A DNA stretch of 64,000 nucleotides from Candidatus Aenigmatarchaeota archaeon (GTDB taxonomy: Archaea > Aenigmatarchaeota > Aenigmatarchaeia > GW2011-AR5 > JAHLMP01). Shown piece by piece: positions 8,966 to 19,229 of the stretch (positions are counted from its first letter, which is position 1; each line of letters begins with the position of its first letter). Location: positions 48,075-112,074 of the forward strand of contig JAHLMP010000002.1 in the NCBI GenBank assembly GCA_018920315.1, written 5' to 3'. The notes under the pieces were generated by a model. It was not told where the DNA came from and did not search any database. It saw only the letters and a program-made list of their open reading frames with translations. The translations under genes were made by a program, and so were the position numbers.

Positions 8966-9979
8966 ATGGCAAGGTTTATTTTAAGCAGAAAAAAAGTTTT
9001 GGAACAGTATAGAATTTTAAGTGAGATTACTGATATTGTTGGATATAACTTTAAAGCAAATAAAGAAGTTGGAAAAATAATAGAAAAAGAAACAAATGCT
9101 CCGATAGTCATTAGCTCTTTGAATAGTATTAAAGAGATAGAGGAAAAAAGTAGAATAATTTATATTCTTCAAGGAAATAATCTTGATGAGATAAAAAGTA
9201 TTTTAAAAGATGGGGTAAAAACTTTTATCGTTGATAATGAAAGTGATTTGAAAAGATTACTTTCATTAGAAAAGGAAATAAATCTTTTTGTGAGAATGAA
9301 GGTTAGAGAGCATACTATATATACAGGCAAGTATTTTGTTTATGGATTTCATTGGAAAAGATTGCAAGAGCTTATAACAAAGCTAAGAAAAAATAAAAAT
9401 ATAAAAGAGCTTGGTATTCATTTTCACAGAAAGACACAAAATGTTGGAGAATGGTTCTTAAAAGAGGAATTTAATGATGTTCTAACAGAAGATGTAACTA
9501 GTGCAATAGATATAATAAACATCGGTGGAGGAATACCAGTAGAGTATGCTAACTCTAAACCAAATATTGAAGTGATTCTTGAAAAAATAAAGGAGTTTAA
9601 AGATTTTGTTAACAGCTTAGGAATAAAACTAGCTATAGAGCCAGGAAGGTTTATAGCAGCACCGCCAATAAAATTAGAAGCAAATGTTATTAATGCATAT
9701 GAAGACAATCTAATTCTTGACTGCTCTGTATATAATACTTGTATAGACATAATATTAATGAATGTAAAGCTTTTGGTTGAAGGGGAAAAAGAAAGTGGAA
9801 GATACAAATATATATTAAAAGGCTATACACCAGACTCTATGGATATATTTCGCTATAAAGTATTTTTTGATGAAGAAAAGAAGATAGGAGATAAGATAGT
9901 TTTCATAAATGCTGGTGCTTACAATTTTTATACAGAGTTTAACGATTTGCCGAGAGTCCCTACAATTATTGTTGATTAG
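8966..9979 (+). CDS. PLP-dependent fold-III decarboxylase (Orn/Arg/DAP decarboxylase family), short form
   Basis: YNFKANKEVG (PLP Lys motif), IGGGIPVEY (GGG motif) and EPGRFIAAP (EPGR motif). Confidence 0.5.
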   Translation: MARFILSRKKVLEQYRILSEITDIVGYNFKANKEVGKIIEKETNAPIVISSLNSIKEIEEKSRIIYILQGNNLDEIKSILKDGVKTFIVDNESDLKRLLSLEKEINLFVRMKVREHTIYTGKYFVYGFHWKRLQELITKLRKNKNIKELGIHFHRKTQNVGEWFLKEEFNDVLTEDVTSAIDIINIGGGIPVEYANSKPNIEVILEKIKEFKDFVNSLGIKLAIEPGRFIAAPPIKLEANVINAYEDNLILDCSVYNTCIDIILMNVKLLVEGEKESGRYKYILKGYTPDSMDIFRYKVFFDEEKKIGDKIVFINAGAYNFYTEFNDLPRVPTIIVD

Positions 9980-9988
9980 GATTGCAAT

Positions 9989-10540
9989 CTATTTAGTTAG
10001 AATTTTCTTGTATTTCTCTTCTAAAATTATTCTATTTGTTTTTCCAAATTTTTCTTTTTTTATTATTCCTCTCTTTTTCAAAGATTCTACTACTCGGAAG
10101 GCGTTTATCTTTCCCATTATCTTTGAAAGCTTACTCTGAGTTATTTCTCCATTATTTTCGACTATCTTTTCTATTACAATTCTTTCCTTATTATCTAAAA
10201 AATCTAAAAATATTTTGAACTTTTCGTTATCATTTTTTTCAAAATCTTTTATTGGGAGTCTTTCTATTCTTGATCTTAATATTTCATACTCTTCGCTTCT
10301 ATGAATAGCAACGAAATAATAAACTATTGCTCCTACAATCACACCAAAAGAGGAAAAGGTTGGTATGAGAAGTGGTATAGGAAGGGTGCAAGAGCATGCT
10401 GTACCCTCTATTATATGAGTTTGAGCATAAAGTGTGCCGAAAGATACAAGAAAAACAAAGATGGAAATTACTATAGCTAATAATAAGAATTTTGTTTTAA
10501 TTTTATTTTTTATATGATATTTATTATTTTTATCACTCAT
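9989..10540 (-). CDS. membrane-anchored winged-helix (MarR/TrmB-like) regulator with CSC motif in N-terminal TM region
   Basis: Two N-terminal TM segments with GTACSCTLPIP; C-terminal wHTH GEITQSKLSKIMGKINAFRVVESLKKRGII. Confidence 0.4.
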   Translation of the reverse strand: MSDKNNKYHIKNKIKTKFLLLAIVISIFVFLVSFGTLYAQTHIIEGTACSCTLPIPLLIPTFSSFGVIVGAIVYYFVAIHRSEEYEILRSRIERLPIKDFEKNDNEKFKIFLDFLDNKERIVIEKIVENNGEITQSKLSKIMGKINAFRVVESLKKRGIIKKEKFGKTNRIILEEKYKKILTK

Positions 10541-10635
10541 GATATCGCCAAATCTCTAGTTTCAATTTTTGAAACCAAAATTTTTAAAAGGTTTCATATA
10601 TAATTTAAACGATAATTTTATTTAGAGGTATGTAA

Positions 10636-11856
10636 ATGAACTTCAATAAACTAAGGATAAACGAAGAAAATACTATTAGAAAAGTTTCATTAGCGTTAAT
10701 ATTTTTAATCATAATTTTATTATTCCATACGAATGTAGTGGTAGGGTTAAAATTAAGCAATTTTGAGAGTTACGAGAATTATAAAGTTGAGCTAATTCTA
10801 TTTTATAGCGATACTTGTCCTCATTGTCATGAAGAATTGAGATTTCTCGATAAGTTAGAGCAAAAATATAGTGAGAGTGTAAGATTTATAAAATATCGCG
10901 TTGAAGATGGTGGAAAAGTAATTGAAATTTGGAGAGATATGTGCAAGCTACATGGAATAGAAAGATACTTTGGCTCTGTACCGTTGACATTTATTAGAAT
11001 GGTTGGAGAAGATAAAGGGGATTATATATTAGGTTTTGATAATGAAAATAATACTGGAAGAAGAATAGAAGAGATTTTGCAAGACTATTTAAGAAAGAGT
11101 GAAATGAATTTAAATACTACAATTAATCAAACAACGCTACCATTTTTTATGGATATTTCTAAATATTCTTTGCCAATAGCATCAATAATTTTGGGATTTA
11201 TAGACGGATTTAATGTCTGCTCTTTAGGAGCTTTGGTGATAATTATAAGCTTAGTGATTGGATTAAAATCTAGAAAGCACATTCTTTTGTTAGGAGGAAT
11301 GTATATTTTAACTACAAGCATAGTTTATGCATTGTTAATGTTCTTTTGGTATAATTTATTTGAATTTCTAGGGAATTATATAAGCAAGTTAGAAATCTTA
11401 GTGGGAATAATAGGAATAATAGGAGCATTTTATTTTTTCAAGGAGTTTTATAGATTCAAAAAGTATGGTCCGAGTTGCGAAGCTCAGTTTGGAAATAAGC
11501 TTCTCGGAAAGTTTTCTAAGAAATTTTCAGAAATGCAGAAAAAAGGAATAGGATTAGCACTTTTGGCGTTTTCTGTTTTTATATTCTCCTTAATTATAAC
11601 AATCGTAGAATTTCCATGCTCTGCTGCAGTACCTTTGTTTTACGTAAGTGTGCTTGCAACTAAGGAGCTTAGGTTTATTTATGAGTTTTTCTTGATGGTT
11701 ATCTACATATTCTTTTATATGCTTGATGAGATCATAATATTCTTAATAGCGGTATTTACTTTGAAGATAAGGTTTACATCCCCCAAAGTAACTATGTGGA
11801 TGTATTTATTTGCAGGAATTATTTTGCTAGTTTGGGGTGTAAGTTATTTATTATGA
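10636..11856 (+). CDS. thioredoxin-like domain fused to CcdA/DsbD-type disulfide electron-transport membrane domain
   Basis: N-terminal anchor plus LILFYSDTCPHCHEEL (CxxC Trx fold), then a polytopic domain with Cys in TM (FNVCSLGAL, EFPCSAAVP). Confidence 0.55.
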   Translation: MNFNKLRINEENTIRKVSLALIFLIIILLFHTNVVVGLKLSNFESYENYKVELILFYSDTCPHCHEELRFLDKLEQKYSESVRFIKYRVEDGGKVIEIWRDMCKLHGIERYFGSVPLTFIRMVGEDKGDYILGFDNENNTGRRIEEILQDYLRKSEMNLNTTINQTTLPFFMDISKYSLPIASIILGFIDGFNVCSLGALVIIISLVIGLKSRKHILLLGGMYILTTSIVYALLMFFWYNLFEFLGNYISKLEILVGIIGIIGAFYFFKEFYRFKKYGPSCEAQFGNKLLGKFSKKFSEMQKKGIGLALLAFSVFIFSLIITIVEFPCSAAVPLFYVSVLATKELRFIYEFFLMVIYIFFYMLDEIIIFLIAVFTLKIRFTSPKVTMWMYLFAGIILLVWGVSYLL

Positions 11857-11931
11857 AAAGTTTTTAATATTAAGATATAAGAATTTTTAGTAACTGCTTT
11901 TTATGCGAAGATATAGGAAATTAGTATAGAG

Positions 11932-12276
11932 ATGAAATTTATGGGTAAATTTTCATTCGATGTAGATGATGAAAATTTTGATAAAGAAGTTATAGAAAAA
12001 TCAAAAAAAGTTCCTGTAGTTGTTGACTTTTGGGCAAGCTGGTGCATGCCTTGTTTGATCTTAAAACCAACATTAGAAAAGATAGCGGAAGAATATAAAG
12101 GAAGGTTTTTACTTGCAAAAGCAAATATAGATGAAAACCAAAAAATGAGCGAGAAATTTAATATCACATCCGTACCAAATGTAAAACTTTTTATAAATGG
12201 AAAAGTTGTTGACGAGTTTATAGGAGCGATGCCAGAATTAAAAATAAAAACATGGATTGACGAACATCTAAAATAA
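11932..12276 (+). CDS. trxA: thioredoxin
   Basis: FWASWCMPC active site; about 110 aa. Confidence 0.8.
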   Translation: MKFMGKFSFDVDDENFDKEVIEKSKKVPVVVDFWASWCMPCLILKPTLEKIAEEYKGRFLLAKANIDENQKMSEKFNITSVPNVKLFINGKVVDEFIGAMPELKIKTWIDEHLK

Positions 12277-12321
12277 GATGTTAAATACTTTATAAAAAAT
12301 TAGGAGTACATAAAAATTATA

Positions 12322-13350
12322 ATGAAATTACAAAAGTTGATAGGGATGAGTAGCAAAAGTAAATCAAAAGATAAAAATTATAAAAAATCTGAAAGAAAAG
12401 TAAAGAAAGCCAAGAGAGAAAAGAAAATTGAAGATAAGAATTACGATCTTCTAATTCTTGGTTCTGGAGTTGCTGGGCTATCTGCAGGAATATATGCTGC
12501 TCGCTATAAGCTTAAAACATTGATAATCGGAAAAGACATGGGAATGGCAGCAGAAGCACCAGAGATAGAAAATTATCCTGGAATCTATGGAGTTAGTGGC
12601 GTGCAGCTAGTAAAAAAAATTACTGAGCATGCAAGAGAGATGGGCGCAGAAATTATTTACGATGAAATAGAGAATATAGAAAAAATAGAGGGTGGGTTCA
12701 AAGTTAAAACAAGCACTAATGAATTCTTTGGAAAAGCGATAATATACGCTTTGGGTGGAATGAAAAGAAAGCTTGGATTAGAGAATGAAAATAATTTTAT
12801 CGGAAAGGGTATTAGTTATTGCGCTACTTGTGATTCAAGATTTTTTAAAGATAAGATTGTTGCTGTTCTTGGCGGAGCAAATTCTGCAGCAACTACTAGT
12901 TTGCTACTATCAAAATATGCTAAAAAAGTTTATCTTATTCATAGAAGAGAAAGCTTAAGAGCAGATCCAACGCTTATTGAGAAATTAAAAGAAGCTAAAA
13001 ATATAGAGATAATCTTTAATCATGTCGTTAAAGAGTTAAAAGGAGATAAAAGATTAGAAGCTGTAATACTTGAAAACGTAGCCACAGGAGAGAAAAGGGA
13101 GATAAAGCTTGATGGCATTTTTGTAGAATTTGGCTATGTTCCAAACTCTTTTCTAGCTGAGAAGATTGGTGTAGAGATTTGCGAAGATGGAAGAATAAAG
13201 GTTAATGAAGATATGTCAACAAATATTGAAGGATTTTTTGCTGCAGGCGATATTACTAGCGGAAGCAATAGATTGGATCAAATTATTACTGCAGCAGCAG
13301 AAGGTGCTATTGCAGCCAACTCTGCATATAAATATCTAAGTAAAAAATAG
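12322..13350 (+). CDS. trxB: thioredoxin reductase with Lys-rich N-terminal extension
   Basis: GSGVAGLSA FAD motif, YCATCD redox-active CxxC, GGANSA NADPH motif. Confidence 0.85.
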   Translation: MKLQKLIGMSSKSKSKDKNYKKSERKVKKAKREKKIEDKNYDLLILGSGVAGLSAGIYAARYKLKTLIIGKDMGMAAEAPEIENYPGIYGVSGVQLVKKITEHAREMGAEIIYDEIENIEKIEGGFKVKTSTNEFFGKAIIYALGGMKRKLGLENENNFIGKGISYCATCDSRFFKDKIVAVLGGANSAATTSLLLSKYAKKVYLIHRRESLRADPTLIEKLKEAKNIEIIFNHVVKELKGDKRLEAVILENVATGEKREIKLDGIFVEFGYVPNSFLAEKIGVEICEDGRIKVNEDMSTNIEGFFAAGDITSGSNRLDQIITAAAEGAIAANSAYKYLSKK

Positions 13351-13358
13351 AATTTTTT

Positions 13359-14072
13359 ATGAGAAGTGAAAAAAATAGATTAAAGATTGTGATCACAGGA
13401 ATAAAAAAAGAGATATTGAAGAAAGAATTGAAAAAATTCTTTAAAAATAATAAATGCGTTGATTATGAATTAAATTCAAAAAACCCAAGCCTTGTTGTCT
13501 GTTATGGTGGTGATGGCTCTCTACTTTTTAGCGAGAGAAAGTATCCGAAAATTCCAAAAATTTTCATTCATAAGAAAAAAGGAATAAATGTTGTCAGAAA
13601 GGTTTTAAAGAAGATTTTTACTCGAGATTATGAAAAAGAGTTTAAAGAACTATTAAAGTTAGAGTGTTTTGTTAAAAAAGCAAGAAAAAGTTTAATTGCA
13701 ATTAATGATGTTAATATACATTATATTCCTCCAAGTGCATTAAGATTTATTTTAAAGATAGATGGAAGAGTTATCAGTAAAGAAATTATAGGCGATGGCA
13801 TTGTTATAGCAACTCCATTCGGCTCTAATGGATATTTTAAATCAATCACAAGAAAAAGCTTTGAAAAAGGTATAGGAATAGCTTTTAACAATCCGACAAA
13901 AATTCTCAAACCATTGATAATAGATGAAAAATCCATAATAGATGTTATTATTAGAAGAGGCGTTGCTTATGTCGCAGTAGACAACAATCCAAAATTGATT
14001 AGAATAACTCAAGGAGATTCTATAAAAGTAAAGGCATCAAAACAAAAGGCAAGAATAGCGATATATAAATAA
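13359..14072 (+). CDS. nadK: NAD kinase
   Basis: GGDGSLL, INDVNI and DGIVIATPFGSNGY motifs. Confidence 0.7.
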   Translation: MRSEKNRLKIVITGIKKEILKKELKKFFKNNKCVDYELNSKNPSLVVCYGGDGSLLFSERKYPKIPKIFIHKKKGINVVRKVLKKIFTRDYEKEFKELLKLECFVKKARKSLIAINDVNIHYIPPSALRFILKIDGRVISKEIIGDGIVIATPFGSNGYFKSITRKSFEKGIGIAFNNPTKILKPLIIDEKSIIDVIIRRGVAYVAVDNNPKLIRITQGDSIKVKASKQKARIAIYK

Positions 14073-14177
14073 TGGATAGTTTAATAAAAATAATAGGCAA
14101 TTTAAGAAACGAATTATTTATTCTTCTGCTTTTTAACCTACAACATTTGGTGATATCAAAATATTTATTTCACATTT

Positions 14178-14858
14178 TCATTTTCCAAATCTTCTTTCTC
14201 TTTGCTCAAACTCTCTAATAGCATTTAAAAAATCCTCTTTAGTTAGCTCTGGCCAAAGAGGCTTGAGGAATATAAGCTCAGCATATGCCCCGTGCCATGG
14301 TAGAAAGCCAGATAAACGATATTCGCCAGATGTTCTTATTATCAAATCTGGATCTGGCACATCATTTAGATATAAAAACCTTCTAAATATCTTTTCATTA
14401 ACTTTTTTCACACCAGCCTTTATCAATTTATTGCAAGCATCTAAAATCTCTTGTCTACCTCCGTAACCAATTGCAACATTTAAGCGATAAGGTTTATTGC
14501 CTTCTGTTTTTTCTTCTATTCTTTTTAAAATTTTTACAAGAGATGTTGGAAGAATTTTAAGGTTGCCTATCATTTTGACCTCAACTTTATCATCTATTAG
14601 CTCGTTATTTTTTAGCGCTTCCTTTACCTTTTTTTCAATGAGTGAGAAGAATATTTTTCTTTCTCTGAAGCTTCTATTTATATTTTCTGTAGAAAAGCTC
14701 CAAACAGTAACTATTTTTATACCGAGCTCTCTACTCCATTCTAAAACATCTTTTAATTTATTAATTCCAAGCTCATATGCTTTTGCTAAACTTAAATTAT
14801 ATTTTTCTCCAAATCTTCTATTGCCATCTGGAATTATTCCTATATGAGCAGGTATCAT
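14178..14858 (-). CDS. uppS: cis-prenyltransferase (undecaprenyl/dolichyl diphosphate synthase family)
   Basis: HIGIIPDGNRRFGEK N-terminus and the UPPS fold pattern. Confidence 0.85.
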   Translation of the reverse strand: MIPAHIGIIPDGNRRFGEKYNLSLAKAYELGINKLKDVLEWSRELGIKIVTVWSFSTENINRSFRERKIFFSLIEKKVKEALKNNELIDDKVEVKMIGNLKILPTSLVKILKRIEEKTEGNKPYRLNVAIGYGGRQEILDACNKLIKAGVKKVNEKIFRRFLYLNDVPDPDLIIRTSGEYRLSGFLPWHGAYAELIFLKPLWPELTKEDFLNAIREFEQRERRFGK

Positions 14859-15043
14859 TTTAATTTCACTTTAATTATTGTATATTTTAATTTAAAATAA
14901 ATTTAAAATTAGAAGGATAAAAAGTTTTATAATTATTTTAGTCAAATCCGAAATTTCTAAATTTTACAAAAGTTAAGTTTATTCATTTCTTAATAGAATG
15001 CTCTATGAAATTTTTTAAATTTAACTCGAATATATAGCTTTTT

Positions 15044-16063
15044 ATGTTACTCTTTATAGATCCATTATACATTCTATTGGGAGTTATAGGCTACGTGCTT
15101 ATGTTTTTTATAGCAAGTTTTATAGCTCCAAAGGTCGCTTCCAAATTTGCAGGAAAATTCTCTCTGTTCGCGTCGATGATCATTTTATCATCTTCAATAT
15201 TAATTATTAGTGGCACAATAATATATCTTGTTCTTGCTTATGCCGAAGTTTACATAGATTTCATACTACTGGTAGTTTTTGTCTTTATTTCAAACTTTCT
15301 AATCTATCTCATCTCTCCTTTTATGATAAACTTATCTTATGGTGCCAAGCAAGATAATAAGCTACAAGAAATTGTCGATGAAGTTGCTAAAAAATTGAAA
15401 GTTAAGAAGAAATTTAAGGCGATGCAAGTAGAAATGCCTCCTAATGCATTTGCTTATGGTAATTTCTTGACAGGAAGATTTGTAGCTGTTTCAACATCTC
15501 TTGCAAACATGGTTGATAAAGAAGAGCTAGAAGCGATAATAGGCCATGAGATAGGGCATCATAAACATAGAGATGTTGCTATAATGCTGATATTTGGTAT
15601 ATTGCCTTCTATAATATATTATTTAGGATATTCAATGATAAGAAGTTCTTTTTGGAGAAGAAGCGATGAGGAAAGAAGAGGGAGTTCGCTATTCTTAATT
15701 GGCTTCTTGCTAGTTTTAGCAAGCTTTTTTATCCAGATTTTAGTTTTGGCATTTAGCAGATTAAGAGAGTATTACGCAGACTATGAGGGAGCAAAAGCAA
15801 CAAGCAAAAGAGCGATGCAGTCAGCACTAGTAAGAATTTACAATTTTTATTATGAGAGTCCAAGAGCTTTAAATAGAATCAGATCTGAAAAGTTTAGAAC
15901 TCTTTTCACATATTCTTTAGTAGAAGCAGTAGCATCCCCCTATGTTTCTTTGGATGAGATAGAGAGAATAAAGAAGAAAAACGTATCTCCTATTCAAGAG
16001 TTTATGTCAACCCATCCGCCTATTCCGAAAAGGTTAATGTCTTTAGAATCTTTCTCTTTGTGA
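15044..16063 (+). CDS. htpX: HtpX-like M48 zinc metalloprotease
   Basis: N-terminal TM helices and the HEIGHHKHRD (HExxH) motif. Confidence 0.75.
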   Translation: MLLFIDPLYILLGVIGYVLMFFIASFIAPKVASKFAGKFSLFASMIILSSSILIISGTIIYLVLAYAEVYIDFILLVVFVFISNFLIYLISPFMINLSYGAKQDNKLQEIVDEVAKKLKVKKKFKAMQVEMPPNAFAYGNFLTGRFVAVSTSLANMVDKEELEAIIGHEIGHHKHRDVAIMLIFGILPSIIYYLGYSMIRSSFWRRSDEERRGSSLFLIGFLLVLASFFIQILVLAFSRLREYYADYEGAKATSKRAMQSALVRIYNFYYESPRALNRIRSEKFRTLFTYSLVEAVASPYVSLDEIERIKKKNVSPIQEFMSTHPPIPKRLMSLESFSL

Positions 16064-16116
16064 ATTATAAATCAATATTTTAAAGTATTTCTTTTTTTAA
16101 TATTTTTAGTGATTTT

Positions 16117-16557
16117 ATGAAAGATATAATTAAAGAATTGGAGAGGGAATTGGAAGGTTATAAGCCAAGAGATGAATTGTTTTTCTTCTATTCAAACGAT
16201 CCAAAAATAAGGAGATCTCCATATAATTTCAGAGGAAACAAGTTTAATAATCTAAAAAAGTTATATGGAGAGAGAGCAATAGATTTGTCTTTGCTTAGAA
16301 AAACTCCTTATGGGGGTTATAGAGAATTAGTTATAGATGATAAAAACAATTTGGGAATAATGTATTATGAAATACTAAAAGAAGGAAACATTGTAGCGGT
16401 TTGCGAGTATGTATATCCATATGATTATGAAAGCGCATATCCGACAGAAGATAGATTAGAAGCGTACATAGAAAACCTTTTGGCATTCATAAGCAAATCT
16501 TCAGAAGACGATATTAAAAAATCTTTGTCAATAATCAGGAAGTATAAGACAGAATAA
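16117..16557 (+). CDS. hypothetical protein
   Basis: Clean ORF with no recognisable motif. Confidence 0.3.
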   Translation: MKDIIKELERELEGYKPRDELFFFYSNDPKIRRSPYNFRGNKFNNLKKLYGERAIDLSLLRKTPYGGYRELVIDDKNNLGIMYYEILKEGNIVAVCEYVYPYDYESAYPTEDRLEAYIENLLAFISKSSEDDIKKSLSIIRKYKTE

Positions 16558-16610
16558 ACTTTTCCATGGTCTACAAAAAATATTTTTTGATTTTTCTAAT
16601 TTTAAGAAAG

Positions 16611-17247
16611 CTATTCTAATTTTTTACTTGGCTTATAACCCGTCTTATATCCAGGATTTCTATCGGTTCTGTACTTATTAGGAAATTCTATATCTTTCTT
16701 TACGTCGTGTGAAACCTTCTTGAAGAATTTGAAAACCTCATATGGGTTGTCGATATGTCGAATTGCGTATGGCGTAGTAATTGACATTGGTACCCTAGAA
16801 CTGCTAAAAATACCTCCTCTAGATATTTGAACAATGCTTGGTGTATATATTGTTATGCTTCCAGAATTACTGCCAAAAAGCTTATCTATCAAGTCCACAT
16901 TTACCGATGCATTAGTAATTTGATCATAATCAATTATGTTAAAGTCTATGCCTTTCAATCCATTTTGTATTGTAACTCTCTTATTAGTAATGCCATAGAA
17001 TACATTCTTGTAAACTAGAGCACTATATAAAGCTGAGCCAATTGTAAAATAAAAGGCCAACCCAATTATGAGGAAACAAAAGAGCAACTAAAACCTTCTT
17101 TAAAGTCAATAATACTCCTACTAAAAGGAAAACGAATCCAAATAAAAATACGAAAAAGCTACTTATGAAGAAAGGCAGATATTTAGGTTTGTCTTTCCAT
17201 AACACCTTTTCATTTATAATCTTATCTATTATTCTCATAACCGGCAC
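16611..17247 (-). pseudogene. bacterial-PH (bPH_2/DUF304, YdbT-like) membrane protein split into two overlapping ORFs (17023-17247 and 16611-17087)
   Basis: The upstream ORF has the typical N-terminal VLWKDKP plus two TM helices. The downstream ORF has GITNKRVTIQ, the hallmark of the PH core. The two overlap by 65 nt in different frames. Confidence 0.35.
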
Positions 17248-17425
17248 TCATTGCGTCATTAATGATTAATATAATTTTATAAATTAATTTACATCAATTA
17301 TCGGTGTAATATCAGAGGAAATTTTTATTGGATACAATATGTTTCTTGAGTAATAAGTAAGTGAACTATATATTTGTATCATTTTTTGTAAAGACAAAAA
17401 AGAAGAAATAGAAATAATGGAAGAT

Positions 17426-17701
17426 TTATTTCTTAGAAACCTTCTCTTCCTTCATTATTTTCTTTGCTATCAAAAATACAACTAATGCAATTATAACGAA
17501 GTTTATAAGATCTGCTAGAAATGCGCCCCAACTTATTACTATAGGTCCTATCGTCAAGGTTGCTGTTCTCCATGCTCCACCAGGAATGAAAGGCGTGATT
17601 ACCGGCATTATAATATTATCAACAAGAGACTTTACTAAGGTTGTAGAGGCAGCCCCAATTATGAATGCTATTGCTAGTGCTATTACTTTATACTCTTTCA
17701 A
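17426..17701 (-). CDS. mscL: large-conductance mechanosensitive channel MscL
   Basis: ALAIAFIIGAASTTLVKSLVDNIIMP matches the MscL N-terminal consensus; two TM helices; 91 aa. Confidence 0.7.
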   Translation of the reverse strand: MKEYKVIALAIAFIIGAASTTLVKSLVDNIIMPVITPFIPGGAWRTATLTIGPIVISWGAFLADLINFVIIALVVFLIAKKIMKEEKVSKK

Positions 17702-17936
17702 AATTAATATTGCAAAAATTTTTGATCTTTGTTATCCTTTAATTCAAAATTAATTCTTATTCTTCTCAATTTTTCATTAATTTTATAAAAAATTTTCAGA
17801 AATTTTTATTTGAATAAATCAATCAAATGCAAGATATAAAGAGTAATATTTAAATTTCTCGACAACCAAGCATATAGTAATCAAAATAATCAAGAGTATA
17901 GTAATCAAAGCAAATATTTTTAGAAGAGCAGATGAT

Positions 17937-19169
17937 TTGATGAGAAATAAGAAAATAGTTCTCAAAAAATTTTCTAATATTAAGAAAAGAGCTATAATTT
18001 TACTAATAATTTTTGGATTGATAAGCCTTCTTGGCGATATAATATATGAAGGGGCAAGAAGCATAACTGGTCCTTACTTGAGTGTTTTAGGAGCTAACGC
18101 AGCGATTATTGGTTTTGTAGTTGGGTTTGCAGAACTTTTTGGCTATCTTTTAAGATTAATCTCAGGCTATTTATCTGATAGAACAAAAAGCTATTGGTTA
18201 TTTACTATACTTGGATATGGATTATTAATTTCAATACCATTGCTTTCTCTTTCTTCTATATGGCAAATAGCAGCAATATTAATTGTCTTAGAAAGAATTG
18301 GAAAAGGATTAAGGTCTCCTGCAAGAGATACCATAGCTTCTTATGCTGCAAAGCAGGTTGGTACAGGTGTTGGCTTCGGATTTTTAGAGCTTTTAGATCA
18401 GACAGGAGCAACTCTTGGTCCTATAATATTAGGATTGTTTTTTATTAGCTTAGGAAGCGGTACAAGAAGCTTAGTAGATTACCAAGCTGCATATAGGTTA
18501 TTTTTCATTCCTTTCATTATTTTAATGATTCTTCTATTTTTTGCATATTCAAAAGTAAGACATCCTCATAAATTAGAGAACAACAAAAAAACTAAAGAAT
18601 TGGATAATAATGGCAAAATATTCAAAAACTATATGATTTTTACCTTTCTTACAACATTCGGCTTTGTTAACTTCGCAATAATAGGCTATCATCTAAAGTA
18701 CAATTCGATATTTATAGATGCCATCATTCCAATACTTTATGCTTTTGGAATGGTAGTAGATGCGCTTGCAGGAATTTTTATCGGAGTTTTGTATGACAGA
18801 ATGAAAAAGAAAAGTCCGAATTTTAATATCCTATTAATTATTCCTATATTTACAGCGATTTCTATTATACTATTATTTTCATTTAACATTTTTGCAATAA
18901 TTCTTGGAACATTCTTTTGGGGTTTTGTATTAGGTACACATGAAACAATAATGAAAGCAATAATAGCGGATATAACAAAAAAGGAGAAAAGGGCAACATC
19001 TTATGGGACATTTCACATATTATATGGTTTTTCATTATTTGCAGGGAGCTCCATAGCAGGATTTTTATACGAGAGCTCTTTACTTATGCTTATTCTTGTC
19101 ATGGTATCATTTCAGATTTTTAGTTTGGTATTTTTCTTGAAGAATTTTGTACAATTAAAAAGAAAATAA
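17937..19169 (+). CDS. MFS transporter
   Basis: Twelve-TM profile with MFS-like loop motifs (GYLSDR). Confidence 0.7.
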   Translation: MMRNKKIVLKKFSNIKKRAIILLIIFGLISLLGDIIYEGARSITGPYLSVLGANAAIIGFVVGFAELFGYLLRLISGYLSDRTKSYWLFTILGYGLLISIPLLSLSSIWQIAAILIVLERIGKGLRSPARDTIASYAAKQVGTGVGFGFLELLDQTGATLGPIILGLFFISLGSGTRSLVDYQAAYRLFFIPFIILMILLFFAYSKVRHPHKLENNKKTKELDNNGKIFKNYMIFTFLTTFGFVNFAIIGYHLKYNSIFIDAIIPILYAFGMVVDALAGIFIGVLYDRMKKKSPNFNILLIIPIFTAISIILLFSFNIFAIILGTFFWGFVLGTHETIMKAIIADITKKEKRATSYGTFHILYGFSLFAGSSIAGFLYESSLLMLILVMVSFQIFSLVFFLKNFVQLKRK

Positions 19170-19229
19170 ATTTTCTATGCCTCTAGATTTTTGCGTTTAA
19201 AAAATTAACTATTTTAAATCTTATCAAAG

